In this document: positions 20,140 to 29,038 of the stretch, in pieces
Layout: each line of letters starts with the position of its first letter
Position numbering within the stretch: the first letter of the stretch is position 1
Origin: a virus
Taxonomy: Duplodnaviria > Caudoviricetes
Direction: 5' to 3' (one strand)
Virus record (IMG/VR): IMGVR_UViG_3300002098_001910
Coordinates: 1 to 49,211 of that record
Length of the DNA stretch: 49,211 nt
Position numbers and translations under genes: made by a program
The notes under the pieces: model-generated
Told to the model about the DNA's origin: nothing
The model's database searches: none
Seen by the model: the letters and a program-made list of their open reading frames with translations, nothing else

Positions 20140-20217
20140 GTGGTCAGGGACTGTTGGGAATTTACCTGAGAGTCGACTTCCGTTCACCGCTGCAGACGGT
20201 TACAACAGTTTGACCAC
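20140..20217 (-). ncRNA. Unidentified structured small RNA
   Basis: GC-rich island with nested stems GTGGTCA/TGACCAC, CTGTTG/CAACAG and CCGT/ACGG; T run downstream on the minus strand. Confidence 0.5.
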
Positions 20218-20223
20218 CACACG

Positions 20224-20322
20224 TTAGAAATAGATATTATCACCATGTTCCCAATCAGAATCTTCTGACTCATCGGGATTGTTTGGGTCAAGTACTACCT
20301 TGTTATTCCAATTAATAAACAT
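20224..20322 (-). CDS. Possible 32-aa micropeptide or gene remnant
   Basis: MFINWNNKVVLDPNNPDESEDSDWEHGDNIYF*. Confidence 0.3.
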   Translation of the reverse strand: MFINWNNKVVLDPNNPDESEDSDWEHGDNIYF

Positions 20323-20342
20323 ACTATTCTTACGATTTTATG

Positions 20343-20414
20343 AGCCCCCGACCGGAATCGAACCGATTTATCATGATTACAAGTCATGTGCATCGCCATC
20401 AATGCTTAAAGGGC
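20343..20414 (-). tRNA. trnT: tRNA-Thr(UGU), weak acceptor stem
   Basis: Anticodon arm CATGA-CTTGTAA-TCATG; T arm ATCGG-TTCGATT-CCGGT; acceptor GCCCTTT/CGGGGGC. Confidence 0.88.
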
Positions 20415-20460
20415 TTTATTTTATAAATATACAATATTTTTAAGTACCATCAAATTAATT

Positions 20461-21051
20461 TTATTTATTTAACATTTTAACAATAGTTTCTTTGATATTT
20501 GTTTGTTTAATTCCTTCATTATCTTTTGTGATATGTACAAAATTATCTAACCCCCATTCATGTTCAAATTCCATAGAATGATATAAACCTGTTTTACCCA
20601 TATTTAAATCATCGACAGCGACCCAATTTGTTATTTCAGGATGGTCAATTAAATATTGTTTAATCTCAATTGTTCTTGATTGTTCTAAGTCCCAATTTTC
20701 GTGCCATGGAAAAGTATTTGTATCATACCAATCACAAGAACCTAATGTAGGTGTAAATGCAACTGGTTTTTTAATAATTCCATGTGATTCATAATAGTCA
20801 CCCATTTCTTCTATATTAGCCCATAGTCTCCAATCTGAACTAATAACAATTTCACAATTTGTCTCTTTTAATATTTCATTTAAAATTTTAATTGCTTTTT
20901 TATTAAAGTCATCAAATCTATATTGAACTGGCATTTCTAAAAGAGTCATGGATATTTTTCTTCCACCCCATTTTTTTTGCTTTTTGTGACGGGAACCCCA
21001 TTCTGAGGACAAACAAATCACGCTATCGTGGTCTAAAAATAATACTTTCAT
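20461..21051 (-). CDS. HAD-family protein of the RNA-repair type (HAD_SAK_2-like)
   Basis: KVLFLDHDSV, IVISSDWR, R..EI..YL, WVAVDDL. Confidence 0.8.
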   Translation of the reverse strand: MKVLFLDHDSVICLSSEWGSRHKKQKKWGGRKISMTLLEMPVQYRFDDFNKKAIKILNEILKETNCEIVISSDWRLWANIEEMGDYYESHGIIKKPVAFTPTLGSCDWYDTNTFPWHENWDLEQSRTIEIKQYLIDHPEITNWVAVDDLNMGKTGLYHSMEFEHEWGLDNFVHITKDNEGIKQTNIKETIVKMLNK

Positions 21052-21140
21052 CTTTTTTTATTATATCACAAAGATACACTATTTATATTTAAAATTCCAA
21101 AGTCAATCAGACATAAATTTTAAATTTTAACAAATGAAGG

Positions 21141-21365
21141 ATGAAGAGAAACAAGTTTACGTGGCAAAAAGCTTTTCGAAGCAATTTATCACAAATGTTT
21201 TTAATGTTGGCATTATTTTTCAATCCTTTTGGGTTCGATATTGTTCAGTATTCTCTAATATTATGGACAGGAAGTTTATGGAGAGCGAACTTCGTTTTGT
21301 ATTGTGTTGCGGGATTATTTTTTGGATTATATATTTATTTCAGAAAATTATCTAAAAGACCTTGA
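21141..21365 (+). CDS. Small membrane protein
   Basis: Two hydrophobic segments (FFNPFGFD motif). Confidence 0.55.
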   Translation: MKRNKFTWQKAFRSNLSQMFLMLALFFNPFGFDIVQYSLILWTGSLWRANFVLYCVAGLFFGLYIYFRKLSKRP

Positions 21366-21482
21366 GTTTTCCTTTCTTATAAAAATCAGATTTATTTGAA
21401 TATTTTTTCTTTTATACCTTCTCATAATAAAATGAACACGAATTCATATATATTAGAAAGGGAAGTTTAATACTTTCCTTTG

Positions 21483-21554
21483 TGGTCTTGAGAGGAATCG
21501 AACCTCTATATACAGATTAGAAATCTGTCATTCTATCCGTTGAATTACAAAACC
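21483..21554 (-). tRNA. trnR: tRNA-Arg(UCU)
   Basis: Acceptor GGTTTTG/CAAGACC; anticodon arm ACAGA-TTTCTAA-TCTGT; T arm AGAGG-TTCGATT-CCTCT. Confidence 0.93.
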
Positions 21555-21569
21555 TAATTTATGATTTTA

Positions 21570-22400
21570 TCAAAAATTTACACCAATACCAAATGAAAGA
21601 TTTTTTAATGTCGGTTCATAATCAATTTTTGTTGTTACATTTTTAAAATCATGTAATATACCAAATTTGGCAGAAATAAATGAGTTATCATATTTTGGAA
21701 ATGTAATATATCCTATATCATCAATTCCTCTATATTTAACAATCTCATTAACAACACCTAACATTACATGAAAACCAGTCCTTTTAATTTTTTTACCACC
21801 TCCGATGTAAAAAGAATTTACATTTTTTAAATCACTAACTAATGGAAAATCAACTTGAGATAAAGTTCCATTTTCAAAATAAGTGGAATTATCTCTTTTA
21901 TTTGTTGAGGAATATTCCATTATAAAATACCCTCTATTACCAATAGTGACCCATCCACCAATTTGATTATCAGTAGTTCCTTGAATACCAAAAGAGAAAT
22001 GTATTTGTTCTCCTTTTACTGTATCTACAGTATTATTTTCGTAATAATAAATACGATAAGGTTCTCTATAACCCCAATTATTATAATAATATCCTGGAGT
22101 CCAATAATTATACCCAAATGATGGTGCTCCCCAATAATACCATCTATCGTAATAAGGGTAACGATGGTTATAATAATTTTCACGGCCATAATATTGTGAC
22201 GGTCTTGGATTGGTCGTTACATAACTATTATTTCTTGGTGGTGAATTTCTCCAGTTACTTATATTATTTTGTCGTGAATTATTATTTGGCGTTATCTGTG
22301 AATTATAATTCGGAGATGAGTTTGAATGATTCCTCCAAGAGGAAGACTGCCCAAATAACAAAATAGGAACTAAGAAAATTAAAATTAATATTTTTTTCAT
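21570..22400 (-). CDS. Exported, probable outer-membrane beta-barrel protein
   Basis: Signal peptide, Y/W/G-rich low-complexity region, beta strands, C-terminal FGIGVNF (BAM-type signal). Confidence 0.65.
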   Translation of the reverse strand: MKKILILIFLVPILLFGQSSSWRNHSNSSPNYNSQITPNNNSRQNNISNWRNSPPRNNSYVTTNPRPSQYYGRENYYNHRYPYYDRWYYWGAPSFGYNYWTPGYYYNNWGYREPYRIYYYENNTVDTVKGEQIHFSFGIQGTTDNQIGGWVTIGNRGYFIMEYSSTNKRDNSTYFENGTLSQVDFPLVSDLKNVNSFYIGGGKKIKRTGFHVMLGVVNEIVKYRGIDDIGYITFPKYDNSFISAKFGILHDFKNVTTKIDYEPTLKNLSFGIGVNF

Positions 22401-22436
22401 ATGTTATTTTTATACATATTTATTTTTTTTATTAAA

Positions 22437-22616
22437 AAACAGGTTTTTTGCAACCATTATGCATCATGACCAATTTTACTTGGTGATTACTTTTAGTTTT
22501 TAGTTAGCTAAACTATCTTATTAGTAATTCTACCCTCACTGCTGTAATATCGCGAATCAAAACAGTATTTTTGGGATTCATATACCGTGGGATTTAACCA
22601 CAGTCGTCACCTGTTT
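22437..22616 (-). ncRNA. Unidentified ~180-nt structured RNA downstream of tmRNA
   Basis: Terminal stem AAACAGGT/ACCTGTTT plus several internal helices; no credible ORF. Confidence 0.5.
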
Positions 22617-22759
22617 AAATAAACATAATAAAATTTATTATTAAGTCAATTAGTAGTTTTGTAAATTAAGTGAAATTTTTTTAACTTAATTGAGTTCGAC
22701 ATATTTATTAATATGTCGAAAACTCAAAAAAGTCAAAGTGTGGAGGTGGCGGGAATCGA

Positions 22760-22956
22760 CATTTTTTGGACTATCTCATCATCTTTTCAGATGTCGGACG
22801 CTCTTGATGGTTTTACAATAGAAGCGTCTATTACCCATTAGTCTCTGCACCTTCTTCTTCCTACGAAGCTTGGCTCAGGATTGTTCCATAGTTGGAGTTT
22901 TCCCTGAATTCATCCGATTTTTCAATCAATATTTCTATTGAAAGGGGCTCGATTTA
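22760..22956 (-). mobile_element. Group I intron (197 nt, no homing endonuclease) in the tmRNA T-loop
   Basis: P1 GGGU/GCCC with U-G at the 5' splice site; P10 AATCGA/TCGATT; P AATTCAGGGAAA; Q AATCCTGAGC; R GTGCAGAGACTA; S GAGATAGTCC; P3 TCGGATG/CGTCCGA; P8 CATCT-GAAA-AGATG; terminal G. Confidence 0.93.
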
Positions 22957-23170
22957 ACCCGCGTCTTTCCTGCTCAACAATAAATTACTACAAGTTTAGT
23001 ACAACATTTGTTCTAAATGTTACGAAATATTAGATTTGATATAAGTGAGAAACCAATCTACAAACAACTTGGTCTCAGAGTTATTTTAAACGAGCTCTGA
23101 CCTGTGACCCGTATAACGGACTTCTGTTCCTGAGTATATGTCCTAACCGACTCGTAGTTGTTCTGTGTGA

Positions 23171-23236
23171 TTAAGCACCAACAACAACAGCTTCTCTAGT
23201 TAAACCAAGAGTAGCCATTTTCGCAAAAGTTGCGTC
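23171..23236 (-). other. tmRNA tag reading frame: (A)DATFAKMATLGLTREAVVVGA*
   Basis: Resume codon GAC follows TAACA, the same spacing as E. coli UAGUC-GCA; frame ends GCT TAA. Confidence 0.8.
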
Positions 23237-23347
23237 TGTTATGTTTACCACCAATAATTAAAGTCGTAGATGATATCCGACTACTTGCAACTTACTCCTG
23301 ATACCTGAAATCGATACCCTTCACCCCCATATGTTAAAGAACTTTTA

Positions 23348-23355
23348 CAAACATA
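23348..23355 (-). promoter_or_regulatory. Bacteroidota -7 element for tmRNA
   Basis: TATGTTTG on the minus strand, about 20 nt upstream of the tmRNA 5' end. Confidence 0.6.
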
Positions 23356-23407
23356 CAAATAAATATTGAAATTTGAAACAAAAAGAATATTTATATAAAA
23401 AACTATT

Positions 23408-25204
23408 TTGATACTAATAGAAGGAAAAAAAGAAGAGGCTGCAAAAATATTAAAACAAAAGTTTGAATATGATGGTCCATTTATTGACCGAATGTTAAGT
23501 GTTGACTCAACAGGATATAAATATGTTGATTATATTAGTAAAAATCTTGAAAAATTAATTCCTAATCTTGCTGGTAATAAAGGAGGTTTAAATATACAAC
23601 AAAGTAATGCGATATATGATTTATTTAGTGTTATAATACCATGGTTTAATGAAAATTTCAATAGAATTACAGAAGATGATGTGTGGGAAGCCGAAACAAA
23701 ATATAGAGAATCAGTTCATGAAACTCCTCCAAATATAACAGGAATTTCCGACCACCCAAAAGATATTACTCAATATAAAGACCCAACATTTATTAAATAT
23801 TTAATATCAATTATTAATAGTAAGAAAAGTGAAAAAGAAAAAGAGAAAGAAGCAAAATCTCAAGCCGATAAATTATATGAAGATGATGAAGTTTTAGTTA
23901 TAAGACCAAAATCATACGAATCTTCATGTTATTATGGTTCAAATACAAAATGGTGTACAACAAGTAAAGGAACCTCAAGTTATTTTAACCAATATAGTAA
24001 AGATGGTTTATTATATTATTTTATAAATAAAAATACAGGATTAAAAATCGCATTATTTAGAAACACACACGAAAAAACTAATGAGGTTTATGCTGCAAAT
24101 GATAAACAAATAACGTTAAATGATTTGATGAAATCCTTTCCAAATCAAAGTGATTTAATTAATGAATTAGCTGGTTCCACAGAATTTATTAAAGCTTTAC
24201 GTGATTTTGCTAAAGGTAAAATAGATGCTAGGGATTTAGAAAATTCAGATGATGCAATCCTTGAAGTTAAAACAAGGGACCCTTTGGGTCAAAGTATTGT
24301 TGTAATCGACTTTGGTGAAGATAAATCATTTTTTGAATCATTAGATTTGTCAGATAATGATATTTGGTTTATTGATGCAATAAATAGTTATTATGGTACT
24401 TATGAATTTTTAGATTCATATTCGATTAATGATGAGTTTAAATCAGGTTACATTCCATTTGGACATTTTAGTCCTGAAAATTATGAAAAATTAATAAAAA
24501 TTGCTTCAATAATAATTCCTGAAGAAAGTTTTAATGATAGTGATGAATATAGAGTTAAATTAGCGGATACATTAGATTCTTTATTTGAAAGAGAAATTAG
24601 TAATATTCTTGGTTATTATCAGTCAGAAAAAGAAAATGAAATGTTAACGACAGCCCAAAATACTACTAACTCCGATATAGAATCTTTTTTAAAATCAATT
24701 GGATTTAAAATCCATAAATATTATGAAGAAATTCAAACTACTCCTGCAAATTTATTAATGTGGTCATCATTTTTAGATTTAAATAATATGGATGCAATAT
24801 CTTTGTTTAAAAAAATTGCAGAATATAAAGGAGGTGATAGAATTGCTGGGTGGTATGATAATGTATATGAATTCCAAAACGATAAAAATTTTGATTCTGA
24901 AGGATTTAATGGGTCTGTTGAACGAGAATTAGATTCAATTATGGAAAAACTCGAAGATGACACTAATATTCAAGAATTTTTAGGATTTAGAAATAGAGTT
25001 ATATCAAAATTTGAAGGCAAAACATGGCATGACTTACCTAAAGATAAAGAAGTTCAATTTCGAATAGAAGGATTTGATAAAAATAATATGAAAATAATAG
25101 TTTCAATATTTCATAAAACAAAAGGGTACAAAAAGATAGAAGTATCTGAAGAAAATTTTAATAACTTACTCTACCAACCAGAATTATTTGATTTGGAAGA
25201 TTAA
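23408..25204 (+). CDS. Large putative virion protein with PcfJ-like 'SC.YG..TKWCT' domain
   Basis: V..P.SY..SC.YG..TKWCT...F..Y...LYY motif; TATTTAT upstream; TTG start. Confidence 0.6.
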   Translation: MILIEGKKEEAAKILKQKFEYDGPFIDRMLSVDSTGYKYVDYISKNLEKLIPNLAGNKGGLNIQQSNAIYDLFSVIIPWFNENFNRITEDDVWEAETKYRESVHETPPNITGISDHPKDITQYKDPTFIKYLISIINSKKSEKEKEKEAKSQADKLYEDDEVLVIRPKSYESSCYYGSNTKWCTTSKGTSSYFNQYSKDGLLYYFINKNTGLKIALFRNTHEKTNEVYAANDKQITLNDLMKSFPNQSDLINELAGSTEFIKALRDFAKGKIDARDLENSDDAILEVKTRDPLGQSIVVIDFGEDKSFFESLDLSDNDIWFIDAINSYYGTYEFLDSYSINDEFKSGYIPFGHFSPENYEKLIKIASIIIPEESFNDSDEYRVKLADTLDSLFEREISNILGYYQSEKENEMLTTAQNTTNSDIESFLKSIGFKIHKYYEEIQTTPANLLMWSSFLDLNNMDAISLFKKIAEYKGGDRIAGWYDNVYEFQNDKNFDSEGFNGSVERELDSIMEKLEDDTNIQEFLGFRNRVISKFEGKTWHDLPKDKEVQFRIEGFDKNNMKIIVSIFHKTKGYKKIEVSEENFNNLLYQPELFDLED

Positions 25205-25228
25205 AATACTTTTATTATATTTGTATTT

Positions 25229-26068
25229 ATGATACAAGATTTACAATTACTTAAAGAGGTATTATCAGTTCCAACTGCAACTTATAAAGAAGAAAAAATG
25301 ATTTTATTTTTGGAAAATTGGTTGTCCAAAAATAATATACCTTATTATGTTGATATTCATGGAAATGTATATGCAACCAAACAAGAAAACGAAGTTTCTG
25401 ATGATTTTTATTTTCCTTGCGTAATATCTCATACCGATACTGTACATGGGTTAAATGAAATTAATGTTGTTGAAGAAGAATTATATAATGCTCAAAATGA
25501 ATTAAAACTTTCATTAAAAGGATATAACAATTTGGGATTACCAACAGGTATTGGAGGAGACGATAAATGTGGTGTATTTGCTTGCATTGCTTTATTAAAA
25601 GAATTACCTTATTTAAAAGCTGCATTTTTTGTTTCAGAAGAAACAGGATGCCATGGTTCAAAACAAGCGGACCCATCATTTTTTATGAATGTAGGATACG
25701 GTATTCAATTTGACGCTCCCGAAAATTGGATGATAACTGAGAAATGTTTTGGCCAAATATTGTTTGATAGAAATAGCGATTTTTTCAAATCATGTGATGA
25801 AGCTTTATCTGAAGGAATGATTAAAGAAGATATGAAATATATGGTACATCCTTATACTGATGTATATGCTTTAAGAAATCAATTTAATTTTTCTTGTATT
25901 AATTTTTCAATAGGATATTACGATTATCATACAAAAAATGAATATGTTGTTGTTGAAGATGTTTTCAACGGTATTAATATAGGTAAAAAAATGATTGAAA
26001 AACTTGGATATAAATTGCATTATAAAGAATCAAAAAAATATAATTTGGGAAGCGGGAATCTTTTTTAA
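25229..26068 (+). CDS. Zn-dependent M20/M28-clan peptidase
   Basis: SHTDTVH, GGDDKCG, SEETGC.GS, YY..HT..E. Confidence 0.85.
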   Translation: MIQDLQLLKEVLSVPTATYKEEKMILFLENWLSKNNIPYYVDIHGNVYATKQENEVSDDFYFPCVISHTDTVHGLNEINVVEEELYNAQNELKLSLKGYNNLGLPTGIGGDDKCGVFACIALLKELPYLKAAFFVSEETGCHGSKQADPSFFMNVGYGIQFDAPENWMITEKCFGQILFDRNSDFFKSCDEALSEGMIKEDMKYMVHPYTDVYALRNQFNFSCINFSIGYYDYHTKNEYVVVEDVFNGINIGKKMIEKLGYKLHYKESKKYNLGSGNLF

Positions 26069-26399
26069 ATAAAATTCTCTAATTTATCTAAATATTTTTT
26101 TATTATCAGATATGTACCATGACCATCAACATTTGTAACAAATTGATTCTTTATTTGTTATGATTTCTAATAAAACTTTTTTAATTAAATATTTCATTAA
26201 TTGTAAATAAAAAAACCCTTACATTTCTGTAAAGGTTTTTTTTTTAAAAATTATAACACAAAAAAAATATTTAAAATTAAGGACAAACATATCCTCCACC
26301 TGGTAAAGTACCAGTACCTCCATCAGGAGATGTAGGTAAATTATTTGAAGTACAAATACAAATATTAGTTCCTTCTGTAAAATTTTTAAAAAAAAGGAC

Positions 26400-28415
26400 T
26401 TATCGTCCTTTTTTTTGTATTTTAACAATATCTCCATCTATTTTTATTTGATAAGATTTGTTTTCTTCCATTTTTCCAAGAAGAACTTCTTCAGATAATA
26501 AATCTTCTATTTTATCTTGAATCGCCCTTTTTAGAGGTCTTGCACCGTATACCTCATCAAATCCAACTTTAGCTAAATAATCAACTAATGTTTCATCATA
26601 TGAAATTTTATATTTCATTTCACCAAGACGATATACCAATTTTTTCAATTCAATATCAGCAATTTTTTTAATATTATCTGAAGATAATGAATTAAAAATT
26701 ATTGTATCATCAATACGATTGATAAATTCAGGAGAGAAAAAGTTTTTCATCTCTTTCATTAGAAGTTGTTTTTTCGCTTCTTCATTACTATAGATATTGT
26801 TAGAAAACCCAATACCTGTTCCAAAATCTTGAAGTTTTTTTGCCCCTAAATTTGATGTCAAAATTATAAGAGTATTTTTAAAATTAATTTTTCTACCTAA
26901 ACTATCCGTTGCGTGACCATCATCAAGAATTTGAAGAAGAATAGTAAAAACATCTTTATGGGCTTTTTCAACTTCATCAAATAATATAACTGAGTATGGT
27001 TTATTTTTAACTTTTTCGGTTAAGAATCCACCTTCTTCATATCCAACATAACCTGGAGGGGCTCCAACTAATTTAGATACAGTATGTTTTTCTTGATATT
27101 CACTCATATCAACACGAATAAGAGAATCCTCACTACCAAACATTTCTTTGGCCAATTCTTTTGCCAAATGTGTTTTACCTATACCTGTCGAACCTAAAAA
27201 TATAAAGGAACCAATTGGTTTATTTGGGTCTTTAATCCCAAGTCTATTTCTACGAATTGATTTGACAATTTTTAAAACGGCCTCATCTTGACCAATTATT
27301 CTATCCATGAGTACTTTATCCAAATTTAATAATGCTTTGTTATCATCCACACTCATTTTGTTCACGGGTATTTTAGTCATATTGGATACAACATCATAAA
27401 CATCATCTAAAGAAATTTTTTGTTTGTCTTTTGATAAGTCGTCCTCAAATTTTTTCTTTTCAAATTCAAGTTTTGTTATCAATTTTTTTTCTTTGTCTCT
27501 AAGCTCTGCGGCATGTTCATAATTTTGTTTCTTAACAACATCTATTTTTTGTTGTCTAATTTCCGCAGCTTTTTTCTTAAGGTCTTCAATTATTTCAGGA
27601 ACTTTAACTTCTGTTTGCATACGAGCTCCAACTTCATCAAGAATATCAAATGCTTTATCAGGAAATTCTCTATCAGTGATATATCTATCCGCTAATTTTA
27701 CACAAGTTTCAATAATTTCATCACTATAAGATACTTTATGAAAATCCTCATATTTATCTCTAACATTTTTAAGTATTTGAATTGTTTCAACAACGCTAGA
27801 TGGTTCAACTATAACTTTTTGAAATCTTCTTTCTAAAGCTCCATCTTTTTCGATATTTTTTCTGAATTCATCGAGTGTAGTTGCTCCGATACATTGAAGT
27901 TCTCCTCGTGAAAGTGCTGGTTTAAAAATATTAGAACCATCCATAGAACCTGAAGCATTTCCAGAACCAACTAATGTGTGAATTTCATCAATAAAAACGA
28001 TGATGTTTGGATTTGATTGTAATTCTTCCATAATAACCTTCAATCTTTCTTCAAATTGCCCACGGTATTTTGTTCCAGCAACAACTGAAGTTAAATCAAG
28101 ATTCACAATTCTTTTATCCAAAAGATTTTTAGGACATTCTCCTTTAAATATTTTAATCGCCAATCCTTCAACAATTGCCGTTTTACCACAACCAGGTTCA
28201 CCAACAATAATTGGGTTGTTCTTTTTTCTTCTTGATAAGATTTGAGCAATTCTTAGAATTTCTCTTTCTCTACCAATAACAGGGTCTAATTTTCCTGCTT
28301 CGGCAAGTTTAATTAAATCTCTACTGAAATTGTCCAATACAGGTGTGTTGCTTTCAGATGAATTTTTTTGTTTTTTACTCATCATTTTATCATCGTCATC
28401 CATAAGTTCATTCAT
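26400..28415 (-). CDS. clpC: ClpC-type AAA+ chaperone lacking the N-terminal domain
   Basis: Two AAA modules (GEPGCGKT/FIDEIH; GSTGIGKT/LFDEVEK), UVR-like M domain (QNYEHAAELRD), IGF loop, GARPL. Confidence 0.93.
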   Translation of the reverse strand: MNELMDDDDKMMSKKQKNSSESNTPVLDNFSRDLIKLAEAGKLDPVIGREREILRIAQILSRRKKNNPIIVGEPGCGKTAIVEGLAIKIFKGECPKNLLDKRIVNLDLTSVVAGTKYRGQFEERLKVIMEELQSNPNIIVFIDEIHTLVGSGNASGSMDGSNIFKPALSRGELQCIGATTLDEFRKNIEKDGALERRFQKVIVEPSSVVETIQILKNVRDKYEDFHKVSYSDEIIETCVKLADRYITDREFPDKAFDILDEVGARMQTEVKVPEIIEDLKKKAAEIRQQKIDVVKKQNYEHAAELRDKEKKLITKLEFEKKKFEDDLSKDKQKISLDDVYDVVSNMTKIPVNKMSVDDNKALLNLDKVLMDRIIGQDEAVLKIVKSIRRNRLGIKDPNKPIGSFIFLGSTGIGKTHLAKELAKEMFGSEDSLIRVDMSEYQEKHTVSKLVGAPPGYVGYEEGGFLTEKVKNKPYSVILFDEVEKAHKDVFTILLQILDDGHATDSLGRKINFKNTLIILTSNLGAKKLQDFGTGIGFSNNIYSNEEAKKQLLMKEMKNFFSPEFINRIDDTIIFNSLSSDNIKKIADIELKKLVYRLGEMKYKISYDETLVDYLAKVGFDEVYGARPLKRAIQDKIEDLLSEEVLLGKMEENKSYQIKIDGDIVKIQKKGR

Positions 28416-28615
28416 ATTTTAATTATTTTAACAAAGGTGTATCAAATTTTGAACATAAACAACTAATTCGACAAATTGTCGTAATATTTTTTTTATTATG
28501 TCATACTGACATATAATTTAGTTACCAACTAACAAATTGACAGAAATAGTTTATTGGTATTAAAGTTGATATCTTCAATTATAAATAATAAACTTTAAAT
28601 TAAAAACAAAAAATT

Positions 28616-29008
28616 ATGATTTACAGCAGTTCAAATTTAAACAATTTTTTAGAGAATTTTTATAATTCTTATCGAGAGCCCTTTTGGTCATCAATCATAA
28701 CAAAATCAACTTCTGAGGAACCGTATGAGATAAATCAAACAAAGGATGGTTCATATCTTTTTTTTGAAACTCCAGGGTTTAATAAATCTAACCTAAAGGT
28801 AGGCATTGAAGGTGGTATCCTTATTATTGAAGGAAAAAGAACGTATAAACTCAATGGTGAGGATATGACAAAATCAATTTCAAAACAATTTAAAATTGGT
28901 GGTGATTATAATGAATCAACTATTGAAGCAACAATTGAAGATGGAATACTTACTGTTTTTGTCCCGAATTATAAAAAGGCAGTTAAAAAAAGAATTAATC
29001 TTCTTTAA
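28616..29008 (+). CDS. Small heat-shock protein (Hsp20)
   Basis: PGF.K..L.V......L.I.G and I.A..EDGIL.V..P. Confidence 0.88.
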   Translation: MIYSSSNLNNFLENFYNSYREPFWSSIITKSTSEEPYEINQTKDGSYLFFETPGFNKSNLKVGIEGGILIIEGKRTYKLNGEDMTKSISKQFKIGGDYNESTIEATIEDGILTVFVPNYKKAVKKRINLL

Positions 29009-29038
29009 AATTTAAAACCCTCCAAACGGAGGGTTTTT

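Larger units (their letters stand above)
22741..23328 (-). ncRNA. ssrA: tmRNA, interrupted by a group I intron (391 nt spliced)
   Basis: Acceptor GGGGGTG/CACCTCC-A with G3-U70. T arm GCGGG-TTCGATT-CCCGC is restored on intron removal. Tag ORF follows ATAACA. Confidence 0.95.

Noticed and set aside
20140-20217. Glycine riboswitch, hammerhead, SRP RNA or tRNA-Sec
   Set aside because: Only the CTCTCAGGT word matches a glycine aptamer. There is no CUGANGA/GAAA core, SRP domain IV or T arm.
26277-26402. Read-through extension of ClpC (the fragment is in frame with the clpC stop)
   Set aside because: The stop is TAA and sits inside a terminator-like hairpin (AAAAAAGGAC-TTATC-GTCCTTTTTT). The frame match is a 1-in-3 coincidence.
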